Assembly: GCF_037042905.1 (NCBI RefSeq)
Contig: NC_087252.1
Location: forward strand, 11,286,001-11,350,000
From: Lytechinus pictus
Taxonomy: Eukaryota
Reading direction: 5' to 3'
Length of the DNA: 64,000 nucleotides
Below the pieces are notes generated by a model. That model was not told where the DNA came from. It made no database searches and saw nothing but the letters and a program-made list of their open reading frames with translations. This document shows positions 39,801 to 54,603 of this stretch, piece by piece. The number at the start of each line of letters is the position of its first letter. The stretch's first letter is position 1. Both the position numbers and the translations under genes were made by a program.

Positions 39801-42800
39801 CGAAAATATCGCGCGAGCTGTTATGGCGTGCTATATATTATGTACGTGTATTCCAACTATTCCACTTTGGTGGCCGGGGGCTGGTAATAAATTCGCCGCT
39901 AATCGAAATCACCTTTTTATGTCTTGAAAATAAGCGAAATTGATCTTTATTAGTCATTCCATCGATTTAGGGGTGAACATTGGTGCACAGAAAAGGGGGA
40001 CGGGGTCTACGGTGCCCCGAAAGGTCGGGGTGCATTGCCGAAAATATCGCGCGAGCTGTTATGGCGTGCTATATATTATGTACGTGTATTCCAACTATTC
40101 CACTTTGGTGGCCGGGGGCTGGTAATAAATTCGCCGCTAATCGAAATCACCTTTTTATGTCTTGAAAATAGGCGAAATTGATCTTTATTAGTCATTCCAT
40201 CGATTTAGGGGTGAACATTGGTGCACAGAAAAGGGGGACGGGGTCTACGATGCCCCGAAAGGTAGGGGGTGCATGGACGAAAATGCTATGTATTATATAC
40301 GTGTATTCCAACAATTCCACTTTGGTTTGGTAATAAATTCGCCGCTAATCGAAATCACCTTTTTATGTCTTGAAAATGAAGCAAATTGATCTTCATTAAT
40401 CATTCCATCGATCTAGGGGTGAACATTGGTGCACAGAAAAGGGGGACGGGGTCTACGGTGCCCCGAAAGGTCGGGGTGCATTGCCGAAAATATCGCGCGA
40501 GCTGTTATGGCGTGCTATATATTATGTACGTGTATTCCAACTATTCCACTTTGGTTTGGTAATAAATTCGCCGCTAATCGAAATCACCTTTTTATGTCTT
40601 GAAAATGAAGCAAATTGATCTTCATTAATCATTCCATCGATCTAGGGGTGAACATTGGTGCACAGAAAAGGGGGACGGGGTCTACGGTGCCCCGAAAGGT
40701 CGGGGTGCATTGCCGAAAATATCGCGCGAGCTGTTATGGCGTGCTATATATTATGTACGTGTATTCCAACTATTCCAGTTTGGTGGCCGGGGGCTGGTAA
40801 TAAATTCGCCGCTAATCGAAATCAACTTTTTATGTCTTGAAAATCAGCGAAATTGATCTTTATTAGGCATCCCATCGATTTAGGGGTGAACATTGGTGCA
40901 CAGAAAAGGGGGACGGGGTCTACGGTGCCCCGAAAGGTCGGGGTGCATTGCCGAAAATATCGCGCGAGCTGTTATGGCGTGCTATATATTATGTACGTGT
41001 ATTCCAACTATTCCACTTTGGTGGCCGGGGGCTGGTAATAAATTCGCCGCTAATCGAAATCACCTTTTTATGTCTTGAAAATAAGCGAAATTGATCTTTA
41101 TTAGTCATTCCATCGATTTAGGGGTGAACATTGGTGCACAGAAAAGGGGGACGGGGTCTACGGTGCCCCGAAAGGTCGGGGTGCATTGCCGAAAATATCG
41201 CGCGAGCTGTTATGGCGTGCTATATATTATGTACGTGTATTCCAACTATTCCACTTTGGTGGCCGGGGGCTGGTAATAAATTCGCCGCTAATCGAAATCA
41301 CCTTTTTATGTCTTGAAAATAGGCGAAATTGATCTTTATTAGTCATTCCATCGATTTAGGGGTGAACATTGGTGCACAGAAAAGGGGGACGGGGTCTACG
41401 ATGCCCCGAAAGGTAGGGGGTGCATGGACGAAAATGCTATGTATTATATACGTGTATTCCAACAATTCCACTTTGGTTTGGTAATAAATTCGCCGCTAAT
41501 CGAAATCACCTTTTTATGTCTTGAAAATGAAGCAAATTGATCTTCATTAATCATTCCATCGATCTAGGGGTGAACATTGGTGCACAGAAAAGGGGGACGG
41601 GGTCTACGGTGCCCCGAAAGGTCGGGGTGCATTGCCGAAAATATCGCGCGAGCTGTTATGGCGTGCTATATATTATGTACGTGTATTCCAACTATTCCAC
41701 TTTGGTTTGGTAATAAATTCGCCGCTAATCGAAATCACCTTTTTATGTCTTGAAAATGAAGCAAATTGATCTTCATTAATCATTCCATCGATCTAGGGGT
41801 GAACATTGGTGCACAGAAAAGGGGGACGGGGTCTACGGTGCCCCGAAAGGTCGGGGTGCATTGCCGAAAATATCGCGCGAGCTGTTATGGCGTGCTATAT
41901 ATTATGTACGTGTATTCCAACTATTCCAGTTTGGTGGCCGGGGGCTGGTAATAAATTCGCCGCTAATCGAAATCAGCTTTTTATGTCTTGAAAATCAGCG
42001 AAATTGATCTTTATTAGGCATCCCATCGATTTAGGGGTGAACATTGGTGCACAGAAAAGGGGGACGGGGTCTACGGTGCCCCGAAAGGTCGGGGTGCATT
42101 GCCGAAAATATCGCGCGAGCTGTTATGGCGTGCTATATATTATGTACGTGTATTCCAACTATTCCACTTTGGTGGCCGGGGGCTGGTAATAAATTCGCCG
42201 CTAATCGAAATCACCTTTTTATGTCTTGAAAATAAGCGAAATTGATCTTTATTAGTCATTCCATCGATTTAGGGGTGAACATTGGTGCACAGAAAAGGGG
42301 GACGGGGTCTACGGTGCCCCGAAAGGTCGGGGTGCATTGCCGAAAATATCGCGCGAGCTGTTATGGCGTGCTATATATTATGTACGTGTATTCCAACTAT
42401 TCCACTTTGGTGGCCGGGGGCTGGTAATAAATTCGCCGCTAATCGAAATCACCTTTTTATGTCTTGAAAATAGGCGAAATTGATCTTTATTAGTCATTCC
42501 ATCGATTTAGGGGTGAACATTGGTGCACAGAAAAGGGGGACGGGGTCTACGATGCCCCGAAAGGTAGGGGGTGCATGGACGAAAATGCTATGTATTATAT
42601 ACGTGTATTCCAACAATTCCACTTTGGTTTGGTAATAAATTCGCCGCTAATCGAAATCACCTTTTTATGTCTTGAAAATGAAGCAAATTGATCTTCATTA
42701 ATCATTCCATCGATCTAGGGGTGAACATTGGTGCACAGAAAAGGGGGACGGGGTCTACGGTGCCCCGAAAGGTCGGGGTGCATTGCCGAAAATATCGCGC

Positions 42801-45800
42801 GAGCTGTTATGGCGTGCTATATATTATGTACGTGTATTCCAACTATTCCACTTTGGTTTGGTAATAAATTCGCCGCTAATCGAAATCACCTTTTTATGTC
42901 TTGAAAATGAAGCAAATTGATCTTCATTAATCATTCCATCGATCTAGGGGTGAACATTGGTGCACAGAAAAGGGGGACGGGGTCTACGGTGCCCCGAAAG
43001 GTCGGGGTGCATTGCCGAAAATATCGCGCGAGCTGTTATGGCGTGCTATATATTATGTACGTGTATTCCAACTATTCCAGTTTGGTGGCCGGGGGCTGGT
43101 AATAAATTCGCCGCTAATCGAAATCAACTTTTTATGTCTTGAAAATCAGCGAAATTGATCTTTATTAGGCATCCCATCGATTTAGGGGTGAACATTGGTG
43201 CACAGAAAAGGGGGACGGGGTCTACGGTGCCCCGAAAGGTCGGGGTGCATTGCCGAAAATATCGCGCGAGCTGTTATGGCGTGCTATATATTATGTACGT
43301 GTATTCCAACTATTCCACTTTGGTGGCCGGGGGCTGGTAATAAATTCGCCGCTAATCGAAATCACCTTTTTATGTCTTGAAAATAAGCGAAATTGATCTT
43401 TATTAGTCATTCCATCGATTTAGGGGTGAACATTGGTGCACAGAAAAGGGGGACGGGGTCTACGGTGCCCCGAAAGGTCGGGGTGCATTGCCGAAAATAT
43501 CGCGCGAGCTGTTATGGCGTGCTATATATTATGTACGTGTATTCCAACTATTCCACTTTGGTGGCCGGGGGCTGGTAATAAATTCGCCGCTAATCGAAAT
43601 CACCTTTTTATGTCTTGAAAATAGGCGAAATTGATCTTTATTAGTCATTCCATCGATTTAGGGGTGAACATTGGTGCACAGAAAAGGGGGACGGGGTCTA
43701 CGATGCCCCGAAAGGTAGGGGGTGCATGGACGAAAATGCTATGTATTATATACGTGTATTCCAACAATTCCACTTTGGTTTGGTAATAAATTCGCCGCTA
43801 ATCGAAATCACCTTTTTATGTCTTGAAAATGAAGCAAATTGATCTTCATTAATCATTCCATCGATCTAGGGGTGAACATTGGTGCACAGAAAAGGGGGAC
43901 GGGGTCTACGGTGCCCCGAAAGGTCGGGGTGCATTGCCGAAAATATCGCGCGAGCTGTTATGGCGTGCTATATATTATGTACGTGTATTCCAACTATTCC
44001 ACTTTGGTTTGGTAATAAATTCGCCGCTAATCGAAATCACCTTTTTATGTCTTGAAAATGAAGCAAATTGATCTTCATTAATCATTCCATCGATCTAGGG
44101 GTGAACATTGGTGCACAGAAAAGGGGGACGGGGTCTACGGTGCCCCGAAAGGTCGGGGTGCATTGCCGAAAATATCGCGCGAGCTGTTATGGCGTGCTAT
44201 ATATTATGTACGTGTATTCCAACTATTCCAGTTTGGTGGCCGGGGGCTGGTAATAAATTCGCCGCTAATCGAAATCAACTTTTTATGTCTTGAAAATCAG
44301 CGAAATTGATCTTTATTAGGCATCCCATCGATTTAGGGGTGAACATTGGTGCACAGAAAAGGGGGACGGGGTCTACGGTGCCCCGAAAGGTCGGGGTGCA
44401 TTGCCGAAAATATCGCGCGAGCTGTTATGGCGTGCTATATATTATGTACGTGTATTCCAACTATTCCACTTTGGTGGCCGGGGGCTGGTAATAAATTCGC
44501 CGCTAATCGAAATCACCTTTTTATGTCTTGAAAATAAGCGAAATTGATCTTTATTAGTCATTCCATCGATTTAGGGGTGAACATTGGTGCACAGAAAAGG
44601 GGGACGGGGTCTACGGTGCCCCGAAAGGTCGGGATGCATTGCCGAAAATATCGCGCGAGCTGTTATGGCGTGCTATATATTATGTACGTGTATTCCAACT
44701 ATTCCACTTTGGTGGCCGGGGGCTGGTAATAAATTCGCCGCTAATCGAAATCACCTTTTTATGTCTTGAAAATAGGCGAAATTGATCTTTATTAGTCATT
44801 CCATCGATTTAGGGGTGAACATTGGTGCACAGAAAAGGGGGACGGGGTCTACGATGCCCCGAAAGGTAGGGGGTGCATGGACGAAAATGCTATGTATTAT
44901 ATACGTGTATTCCAACAATTCCACTTTGGTTTGGTAATAAATTCGCCGCTAATCGAAATCACCTTTTTATGTCTTGAAAATGAAGCAAATTGATCTTCAT
45001 TAATCATTCCATCGATCTAGGGGTGAACATTGGTGCACAGAAAAGGGGGACGGGGTCTACGGTGCCCCGAAAGGTCGGGGTGCATTGCCGAAAATATCGC
45101 GCGAGCTGTTATGGCGTGCTATATATTATGTACGTGTATTCCAACTATTCCACTTTGGTTTGGTAATAAATTCGCCGCTAATCGAAATCACCTTTTTATG
45201 TCTTGAAAATGAAGCAAATTGATCTTCATTAATCATTCCATCGATCTAGGGGTGAACATTGGTGCACAGAAAAGGGGGACGGGGTCTACGGTGCCCCGAA
45301 AGGTCGGGGTGCATTGCCGAAAATATCGCGCGAGCTGTTATGGCGTGCTATATATTATGTACGTGTATTCCAACTATTCCACTTTGGTTTGGTAATAAAT
45401 TCGCCGCTAATCGAAATCACCTTTTTATGTCTTGAAAATGAAGCAAATTGATCTTCATTAATCATTCCATCGATCTAGGGGTGAACATTGGTGCACAGAA
45501 AAGGGGGACGGGGTCTACGGTGCCCCGAAAGGTCGGGGTGCATTGCCGAAAATATCGCGCGAGCTGTTATGGCGTGCTATATATTATGTACGTGTATTCC
45601 AACTATTCCAGTTTGGTGGCCGGGGGCTGGTAATAAATTCGCCGCTAATCGAAATCAACTTTTTATGTCTTGAAAATCAGCGAAATTGATCTTTATTAGG
45701 CATCCCATCGATTTAGGGGTGAACATTGGTGCACAGAAAAGGGGGACGGGGTCTACGGTGCCCCGAAAGGTCGGGGTGCATTGCCGAAAATATCGCGCGA

Positions 45801-48754
45801 GCTGTTATGGCGTGCTATATATTATGTACGTGTATTCAAACTATTCCACTTTGGTGGCCGGGGGCTGGTAATAAATTCGCCGCTAATCGAAATCACCTTT
45901 TTATGTCTTGAAAATAAGCGAAATTGATCTTTATTAGTCATTCCATCGATTTAGGGGTGAACATTGGTGCACAGAAAAGGGGGACGGGGTCTACGGTGCC
46001 CCGAAAGGTCGGGGTGCATTGCCGAAAATATCGCGCGAGCTGTTATGGCGTGCTATATATTATGTACGTGTATTCCAACTATTCCACTTTGGTGGCCGGG
46101 GGCTGGTAATAAATTCGCCGCTAATCGAAATCACCTTTTTATGTCTTGAAAATAGGCGAAATTGATCTTTATTAGTCATTCCATCGATTTAGGGGTGAAC
46201 ATTGGTGCACAGAAAAGGGGGACGGGGTCTACGATGCCCCGAAAGGTAGGGGGTGCATGGACGAAAATGCTATGTATTATATACGTGTATTCCAACAATT
46301 CCACTTTGGTTTGGTAATAAATTCGCCGCTAATCGAAATCACCTTTTTATGTCTTGAAAATGAAGCAAATTGATCTTCATTAATCATTCCATCGATCTAG
46401 GGGTGAACATTGGTGCACAGAAAAGGGGGACGGGGTCTACGGTGCCCCGAAAGGTCGGGGTGCATTGCCGAAAATATCGCGCGAGCTGTTATGGCGTGCT
46501 ATATATTATGTACGTGTATTCCAACTATTCCACTTTGGTTTGGTAATAAATTCGCCGCTAATCGAAATCACCTTTTTATGTCTTGAAAATGAAGCAAATT
46601 GATCTTCATTAATCATTCCATCGATCTAGGGGTGAACATTGGTGCACAGAAAAGGGGGACGGGGTCTACGGTGCCCCGAAAGGTCGGGGTGCATTGCCGA
46701 AAATATCGCGCGAGCTGTTATGGCGTGCTATATATTATGTACGTGTATTCCAACTATTCCAGTTTGGTGGCCGGGGGCTGGTAATAAATTCGCCGCTAAT
46801 CGAAATCAACTTTTTATGTCTTGAAAATCAGCGAAATTGATCTTTATTAGGCATCCCATCGATTTAGGGGTGAACATTGGTGCACAGAAAAGGGGGACGG
46901 GGTCTACGGTGCCCCGAAAGGTCGGGGTGCATTGCCGAAAATATCGCGCGAGCTGTTATGGCGTGCTATATATTATGTACGTGTATTCCAACTATTCCAC
47001 TTTGGTGGCCGGGGGCTGGTAATAAATTCGCCGCTAATCGAAATCACCTTTTTATGTCTTGAAAATAAGCGAAATTGATCTTTATTAGTCATTCCATCGA
47101 TTTAGGGGTGAACATTGGTGCACAGAAAAGGGGGACGGGGTCTACGGTGCCCCGAAAGGTCGGGGTGCATTGCCGAAAATATCGCGCGAGCTGTTATGGC
47201 GTGCTATATATTATGTACGTGTATTCCAACTATTCCACTTTGGTGGCCGGGGGCTGGTAATAAATTCGCCGCTAATCGAAATCACCTTTTTATGTCTTGA
47301 AAATAGGCGAAATTGATCTTTATTAGTCATTCCATCGATTTAGGGGTGAACATTGGTGCACAGAAAAGGGGGACGGGGTCTACGATGCCCCGAAAGGTAG
47401 GGGGTGCATGGACGAAAATGCTATGTATTATATACGTGTATTCCAACAATTCCACTTTGGTTTGGTAATAAATTCGCCGCTAATCGAAATCACCTTTTTA
47501 TGTCTTGAAAATGAAGCAAATTGATCTTCATTAATCATTCCATCGATCTAGGGGTGAACATTGGTGCACAGAAAAGGGGGACGGGGTCTACGGTGCCCCG
47601 AAAGGTCGGGGTGCATTGCCGAAAATATCGCGCGAGCTGTTATGGCGTGCTATATATTATGTACGTGTATTCCAACTATTCCACTTTGGTTTGGTAATAA
47701 ATTCGCCGCTAATCGAAATCACCTTTTTATGTCTTGAAAATGAAGCAAATTGATCTTCATTAATCATTCCATCGATCTAGGGGTGAACATTGGTGCACAG
47801 AAAAGGGGGACGGGGTCTACGGTGCCCCGAAAGGTCGGGGTGCATTGCCGAAAATATCGCGCGAGCTGTTATGGCGTGCTATATATTATGTACGTGTATT
47901 CCAACTATTCCAGTTTGGTGGCCGGGGGCTGGTAATAAATTCGCCGCTAATCGAAATCAACTTTTTATGTCTTGAAAATCAGCGAAATTGATCTTTATTA
48001 GGCATCCCATCGATTTAGGGGTGAACATTGGTGCACAGAAAAGGGGGACGGGGTCTACGGTGCCCCGAAAGGTCGGGGTGCATTGCCGAAAATATCGCGC
48101 GAGCTGTTATGGCGTGCTATATATTATGTACGTGTATTCCAACTATTCCACTTTGGTGGCCGGGGGCTGGTAATAAATTCGCCGCTAATCGAAATCACCT
48201 TTTTATGTCTTGAAAATAAGCGAAATTGATCTTTATTAGTCATTCCATCGATTTAGGGGTGAACATTGGTGCACAGAAAAGGGGGACGGGGTCTACGGTG
48301 CCCCGAAAGGTCGGGGTGCATTGCCGAAAATATCGCGCGAGCTGTTATGGCGTGCTATATATTATGTACGTGTATTCCAACTATTCCACTTTGGTGGCCG
48401 GGGGCTGGTAATAAATTCGCCGCTAATCGAAATCACCTTTTTATGTCTTGAAAATAGACGAAATTGATCTTTATTAGTCATTCCATCGATTTAGGGGTGA
48501 ACATTGGTGCATAGAAAAGGGGGACGGGGTCTACGATGCCCCGAAAGGTAGGGGGTGCATGGACGAAAATGCTATGTATTATATACGTGTATTCCAACAA
48601 TTCCACTTTGGTTTGGTAATAAATTCGCCGCTAATCGAAATCACCTTTTTATGTCTTGAAAATGAAGCAAATTGATCTTCATTAATCATTCCATCGATCT
48701 AGGGGTGAACATTGGTGCACAGAAAAGGGGGACAGGGTCTACGGTGCCCCGAAA
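21886..48754 (+). repeat. Homogeneous satellite HOR array, 1151-bp 5-mer (229/238/238/238/208), about 23 copies
   Basis: Monomer starts at 21970, 22199, 22437, 22675, 22913, 23121, 23350. The ORF track repeats every 1151 bp from 22199 to 44068, then +1380, +1151, +1151. Confidence 0.99.
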
Positions 48755-48769
48755 CCCTTATAAAAATCG

Positions 48770-49560
48770 CCAATGGTATTTGAATGGTGGCGAATGGTAG
48801 TTGAATGGTGAATTGAATGGTAAATGGTACGTGAATGGTATTTAGATGGTGTTTCAATGGTACGTGTTTAATGGTAAGTGGTAGTCTGTTTAATGGTAAA
48901 TGGTATACCATATACCCAATGGTGTCTCAGTGGTATGTTCCTAATGGTATGATTGGTATGATGAATGGTATACCATATACCAAATGGTGTTTCAATGGTA
49001 TACAATGGTATCTCATTTGTATGTGTCTAATGGTATGATTTGTATGGTGAATGGTATACCATATACCCAATGGTGTCTCAGTGGTATCGAATGGTATCTT
49101 AGTGTTATGTTTCTTCAATGGTATGGTTGTATGGTGAATGGTATACCATATACCAAATGGTGTTTCAATGGTATACAATGGTATCTCATTTGTATGTGTC
49201 TAATGGTATGATTTGTATGGTGAATGGTATACCATATACCCAATGGTGTCTCAGTGGTATCGAATGGTGTCTTAGTATTATGTGTCTTCAATGGTATGGT
49301 TGTATGGTGAATGGTACACCATATACCAAATGGTGTTTCAATGGTATACAATGGTGTTTCATTTGTATGTGTCTAATGATATGATTTGTATGGTGAATGG
49401 TATACCATACCCAATAGTGTCTCAGTGGTATCGAATGGTGTCTTAGTGGTATGTGTCTCCAATGGTATGGTGGAATGGTGAACGGTTTTACCATACCAAA
49501 TGGTGTCTCAGTGGTATCCAATGGTATGGTGTGTGCCTATATATGATTGGTATAGTAAAT
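48770..49560 (+). repeat. AATGGT-rich left subterminal repeats with a 173-bp period
   Basis: CCATATACCAAATGGTGTTTCAATGGTATACAATGG recurs at about 48973, 49146 and 49319. Confidence 0.9.
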
Positions 49561-52500
49561 GTGTCTCAGTAGTATGTGCCTTAATGGATAGGTGTTTTAA
49601 AGGTGAATTGAATACCAAGAGATAAATTGTAACTTAATGATGGCTTTAATAGTGGTGTGTGCCTAATGAGTTGTATTTATATGTCAACGATGAATGGTAT
49701 GCCCAATTGCATTACTCAATAACACAATTCCGAAGATTTAAAGAAAATCCATCAACGATTAAAAAGTAATTAGAGTTATTATAATTTTTGATTTGTGACT
49801 TTTATGCGAACAGCTTCCCCAAATCAAGCCTAATCGCTCACGATGGTAAACATGGTCTCTTGCATTCTTTTAAATTGTCTTTGTCTACTAAGTGAAAGGC
49901 CTGTAATCGTTTAGATAAGATCCAGTGCTTATACTACAATGATATTAATTTGTTATATTTTACAATTGTACATATTACTTTGTGAATTTATATTTGATAC
50001 ACTGAGTGCAAAAAAAGCAATCAATCAATGAAATCTTATTTGATAAAATGGGTTTCTATTGTACCTTAATATCAACATACAAATTATTTCACAGCCGCTC
50101 CTGAAAGGGAAGAATATAGTCATCATTTACAATTAAAATTTTGAAATTTATACATGCACGTTTTTGGGAGCATAAACAAGATGCGTAGCGTACTAAATAG
50201 AAAATTGTACATTTCACCATCTTTTCTTTTCTCTTTTTGTTTCTTGGTATAATTTGAACGGCACACCACCTCCCCTGTCTGTACGGTATACACTCTTTTT
50301 TTATGAAACGTTCCCCCCCCCCTTTTTTTTTCAAAGTTTTATTCTATTTTTAAATTAATTTTCTTATTCAATTATGGCCACTTTTTATAAAGAGAGCTAT
50401 GGGATGTTGCAAAAAAATATTTGCAGTCAATCCCAAAAGTCGGTTGCAAATTTATAAGTGATAGACTAATTTCATCTAAAGTAAACCAATTTATAGATTT
50501 ATTGATGGAAGAAACAATAAATCAGTTGCAAGTTTGCAATGAAAAGTATATGACTTTCAACTGATTTTGGAGTTTGAAATTGACTTGCGTTCAATTGCAA
50601 GTTTCTTACAATGTCCCATAGGTCATTATTTTTCTTAAAATGAATTCACTGTTGGTTGTCTTCCTCCCCCAACCCCTATCGAAATTCCCATCGGCAAACC
50701 CTGATTTTGATCTGCAACGACCAAAGCCCCCTCCCGGCCAATTTATATATGGCTACTACTGCTTTCGATCATGAAACGTTCCTCTTTTTTTTTCTTTACA
50801 AATTATATTTTAATTATTTTTTCTCCCTTATGGACGGTGTTTATAAAGAGGAGAGCTATTCTAGGCCGGTCATTACTTGCTTAACTGAAATGATTTGTCT
50901 GTTACATTGTCTTGCCCCCCCCCCCAACAAAATTCCCTGCCGCCATACAATGTAACAGACAAAAAATCTACTGAACGAAATTCTCAATTGCAATAAAAAC
51001 AAAAGCGAAATTAAACAAAGAGAGAAAAGGAAACAAAAAAGAAATAAGTAAAAAAATATATCGAAAAACAGAAAAATAAATTTAAAAAAAGAAAAGAAAA
51101 AGACTAAGACAAAGTAAAGAAGAAAGATTGAACAGAAAAAAGAGAAAAAAGAAGGAAAACGAAAAAAAAACGGAAAGAAAAAAAAGAAAGACATAGAATT
51201 ATATAGAACAGAATTAGAAATTGAGAAAAATGATTTTTTTTCATAGATCCTTTCAAAGGATAAAGCAGTGGCAAAAATTGACTGCATGGTTGCCAACCCA
51301 GAACCAATCAAGAAAAAGACACCCCTGATTTGGTCTTACATGCAATTCACTCCTCCGCCCATATCGGGATGTATCTTGGCGAAGAAGCCCCCTCCCCCTG
51401 ATTTGGTCTCAATTTACCCCCCCCCCCCTCCATATCGGGATATAGATGTGTTGGCTGCGCTGCTAGCTAGCTCGCTCTATGTATGTAAGTGTTCGCACGC
51501 GCGCGCGCACCTACGCATGTAATAACCGCCAATTGCAATATTTGAAAAAAAAACCGATCAACCACTGTTTTGCTGTTGATAAGTCCGTCGATAATTCATC
51601 ATAAACTAAAGGAACACAGGTCAGATTCGGACAACGACTTCAAAGTCATTCGCAGAATAGGCTAAATAGTAAGTTAGATAACAATTTTCTTTGATATTGT
51701 TTTCGTTGTTAGTGGCTCGGCCTGATTTTCTTAGAATGTTACTGTTACTGTTAGATGTCGTTGTACTGCCACGGGTACGGGGATTCACTGCCACGACCAC
51801 TGCCACCGTACGGTCACTGCCCCGTTGGCGCGGCCGGGCCGCGCCGGGACACGCCTGGCTCTGGCGATATGGATTAGGTATGGGGTGCGTAATGCTTTGT
51901 ATTGGCTGAGGTGAGCTGAGCCATGCATTGAGACAGTAATTCGCTCGTATGGCTTGATATTTATTGTCAATGTTTTACAAAACCATCTCTGAATACCAGT
52001 ATGAATTTATGAATGAATGACTTGTTAAATTAATGGTGTACAGTGTCAGTGCAGTACTGTCATGACATTGACTGTCAAAGTGTCAATTACTGAATTAGGC
52101 CATGGCATTGGTTACTGCACAACGTTTTTTCACTGAAATGGAAACCTTGCCGAAAAATAATGCTCTGGAATGAGGCCTATAATTTGTTGATGTTGGTAGA
52201 TAATATTGGTAAATTTAAGATGACATGGACATGGTAGTATTCAGGTGAAACATGGTAAGGTGTCCTAAATTTTAAAACATGATAAAGTAAAGGCTACGCA
52301 TGCAGGCCCTAAAAAGCTCGCACCACTTATTGCGCATGCAATTTCAATGGTAAAATGTGCACTTTGTGTGCAGAACTGTGACTGGAGAGAGTGACAAACG
52401 ATTCCTATTAAATTTTTCTAGAGAGGCTACAATAGTTATTCAGAGAAATCCTACACTGTTTGGAATTAACATATTTTAGAAATTGAGGCCAGCTGACTAA

Positions 52501-52875
52501 AATCACAATTCCTGAATTTTTTCCTTGGGATTTTTCCATGGGATTGGGCGCTAATTTCGCACCAACCAACTTCGAGCAAAATTCCCCTCCAAATATTGTT
52601 CTCAAATGTCATAGCAAGTCTGAATTGCATTTGAGTGTCCATATGCCCACTGCTTTTCCGAATATTGGGAACAGCTGTATATTGGCTTCGATCTCTACAT
52701 CATTGTTTGAATCCTCATGCGTTGCTCTGCCGTAATTTTAATATAGACTGAAGTTCGTAACGAAATCATGCAAACTGCCGCAGACAAATCTTTTGGTCGC
52801 TAACTTCAGTCCTTATAAACTACGGTGAAGCCAAGCCAAGTGATGTCTGACTGAGAATTTGAACGATAACATAAT

Positions 52876-53502
52876 GGGTGATTTCAAGTAGGCCTACGGT
52901 GTTGAAATCTGGTGTTGGGACAACACCAGCTACAACACCGTACTTGAAATCACGCTGGTGTTGGGATTGACCTCGGAAAATATGACGTATTTCCGGCAGT
53001 TTGTGTTGAGCTCTGGTGTTGAATTTCGTCTGCTGAACCGAGCATTACAGCTGGTGTTGACGATCTACGTGCAATTTCCCTATTCACCAACACCAACCCC
53101 CAGGGATTGGGAAAATTGTGATTTCAAGTTTGGTGTTGGTGTTGATGAACTGTAGTTCATGAACAGTTCATGTAAAATTATCTATTACAGTTAAGATGAG
53201 CGCAAATCATTAGAGTTTTACACATTTTAATGAAAAATTATATTTACGCTTTCTGATTATTGCAGTGATTTTAACCTAGGTGCATTCTGTACGATAAGAT
53301 TTTACTGCAATTTCTTCCCGATTTCACTTTCGTTGTCGAGAATTTCTCGCGTAAAGTTGAGATGATCAGCAGCGCAGCGCAGAGGCGTGACGTCATAGGA
53401 TATCGATATTGCTGCTCTGAACTCAGCTCGGTGTTGGGGCTCGGTTCAGCAGCCCTTTCACGCTCTCAACACCAACACCAAACACCGTACTTGAAATCAC
53501 CC
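52876..53502. mobile_element. PIF/Harbinger-like MITE
   Basis: TIR GGGTGATTTCAAGTA / TACTTGAAATCACCC, 3-bp TSD AAT, internal GGTGTTG/CAACACC repeats. Confidence 0.88.
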
Positions 53503-54603
53503 AATGTTTAATGTTGGGGCCCGGAAAGTTTAGCAAAAAAAATCCGGGCCGGGATTGGCCCGGAACTCGGAGCCACCGCTCAACACCGTTGCTGCAGCCC
53601 TAGGAAAAATCTGGCCCCGCTAATCCCGAATGCACTTTCGTACCCTGGGATGTTAGCGAACTAATTTAACCTTAATATTTGTCCGAATCAATTCACTGAG
53701 CATCAGGAACATCTTTATTCCGGCTTCCACCATGATTTCATCGTTCGAATTATCAGATTTAGGGTCTCACTCCACCGTATTTATTTGGATATTTGCTGAA
53801 GTTAGCGATTACAGCGCGCAAACACGAAGTCAACAGTGTTGCTGCCCTCTGCGTTCGTTTGGCAAAATCTGACTAAGAATTTTAACTAAGACGTCGAGAT
53901 CAAAGCTAAAATAATGCTGTTTCCACTGCTCAAAGTGGCTGAAATTCATGTAAAGGATCAATTGAGTTAGATTATTTGAGAAAATAGATGAGCTTGGTTC
54001 ATGAATAGTGGTAAATGGTCACATTATCTCGGTGTTTATTTTGTATTTTTTCGGGGACATAACAGCTTCTGATCTTCGCTGTTTAAGCTCTCAACCCAGA
54101 CCGGCTTGGCATGGGGAAAATCCCCCCCAACTCGCTGGTCTCCGAATTCCACCCCGGCATGGCTCCCACCATTACGATAACGTCGGGAATGGAGCCAAAA
54201 TACCGCTGTTCCCGATTGTGATGTTTGGAAAAGTGGTGGGCACACTGTGTATTGAACTCAAAATGTGGGTCGACATTTTCTGGTGGAAAATTTTGCTCGA
54301 AGTTGGCTGGCGTGAAACTGCATTAGTGCGGGAGGATAATCTGAGATCCTTTCATAGGGCTAGGCATATCCATTTTTAAAGCTAATTATATATTTTTTAA
54401 TTAAGTTTTTCCTGTGATCACTTTTTAACTGCGTTTATTTATTTACTGATCAAAACTTGCCCAAAATAATGTCTAGAATTCACCCACTGGCATATGATTG
54501 CCCAGGGATGGATCCTGGATTTTTCAAGGGGGGGGGGCTCATTTTCCCAAGGAAACTTTAACAAGCACAAAAAAAAGAGATCTTTACTTGTGTATGAGGC
54601 AGT

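Noticed and set aside
21886..48754. Hammerhead ribozyme in the satellite (GAAA-containing hairpin, as in newt or schistosome satellites)
   Set aside because: No CTGANGA core found on either strand of the monomer; the nearest is CTGATTT.
21886..48754. 5S rRNA, tRNA, snRNA or histone tandem gene unit
   Set aside because: No recognisable RNA-gene sequence, Pol III A/B boxes or coding similarity in the monomer.
53596..54362. Possible decayed MITE (AGCCCTAGGAAA ... TTTCATAGGGCT)
   Set aside because: The inverted match is short and imperfect, and no TSD was found.
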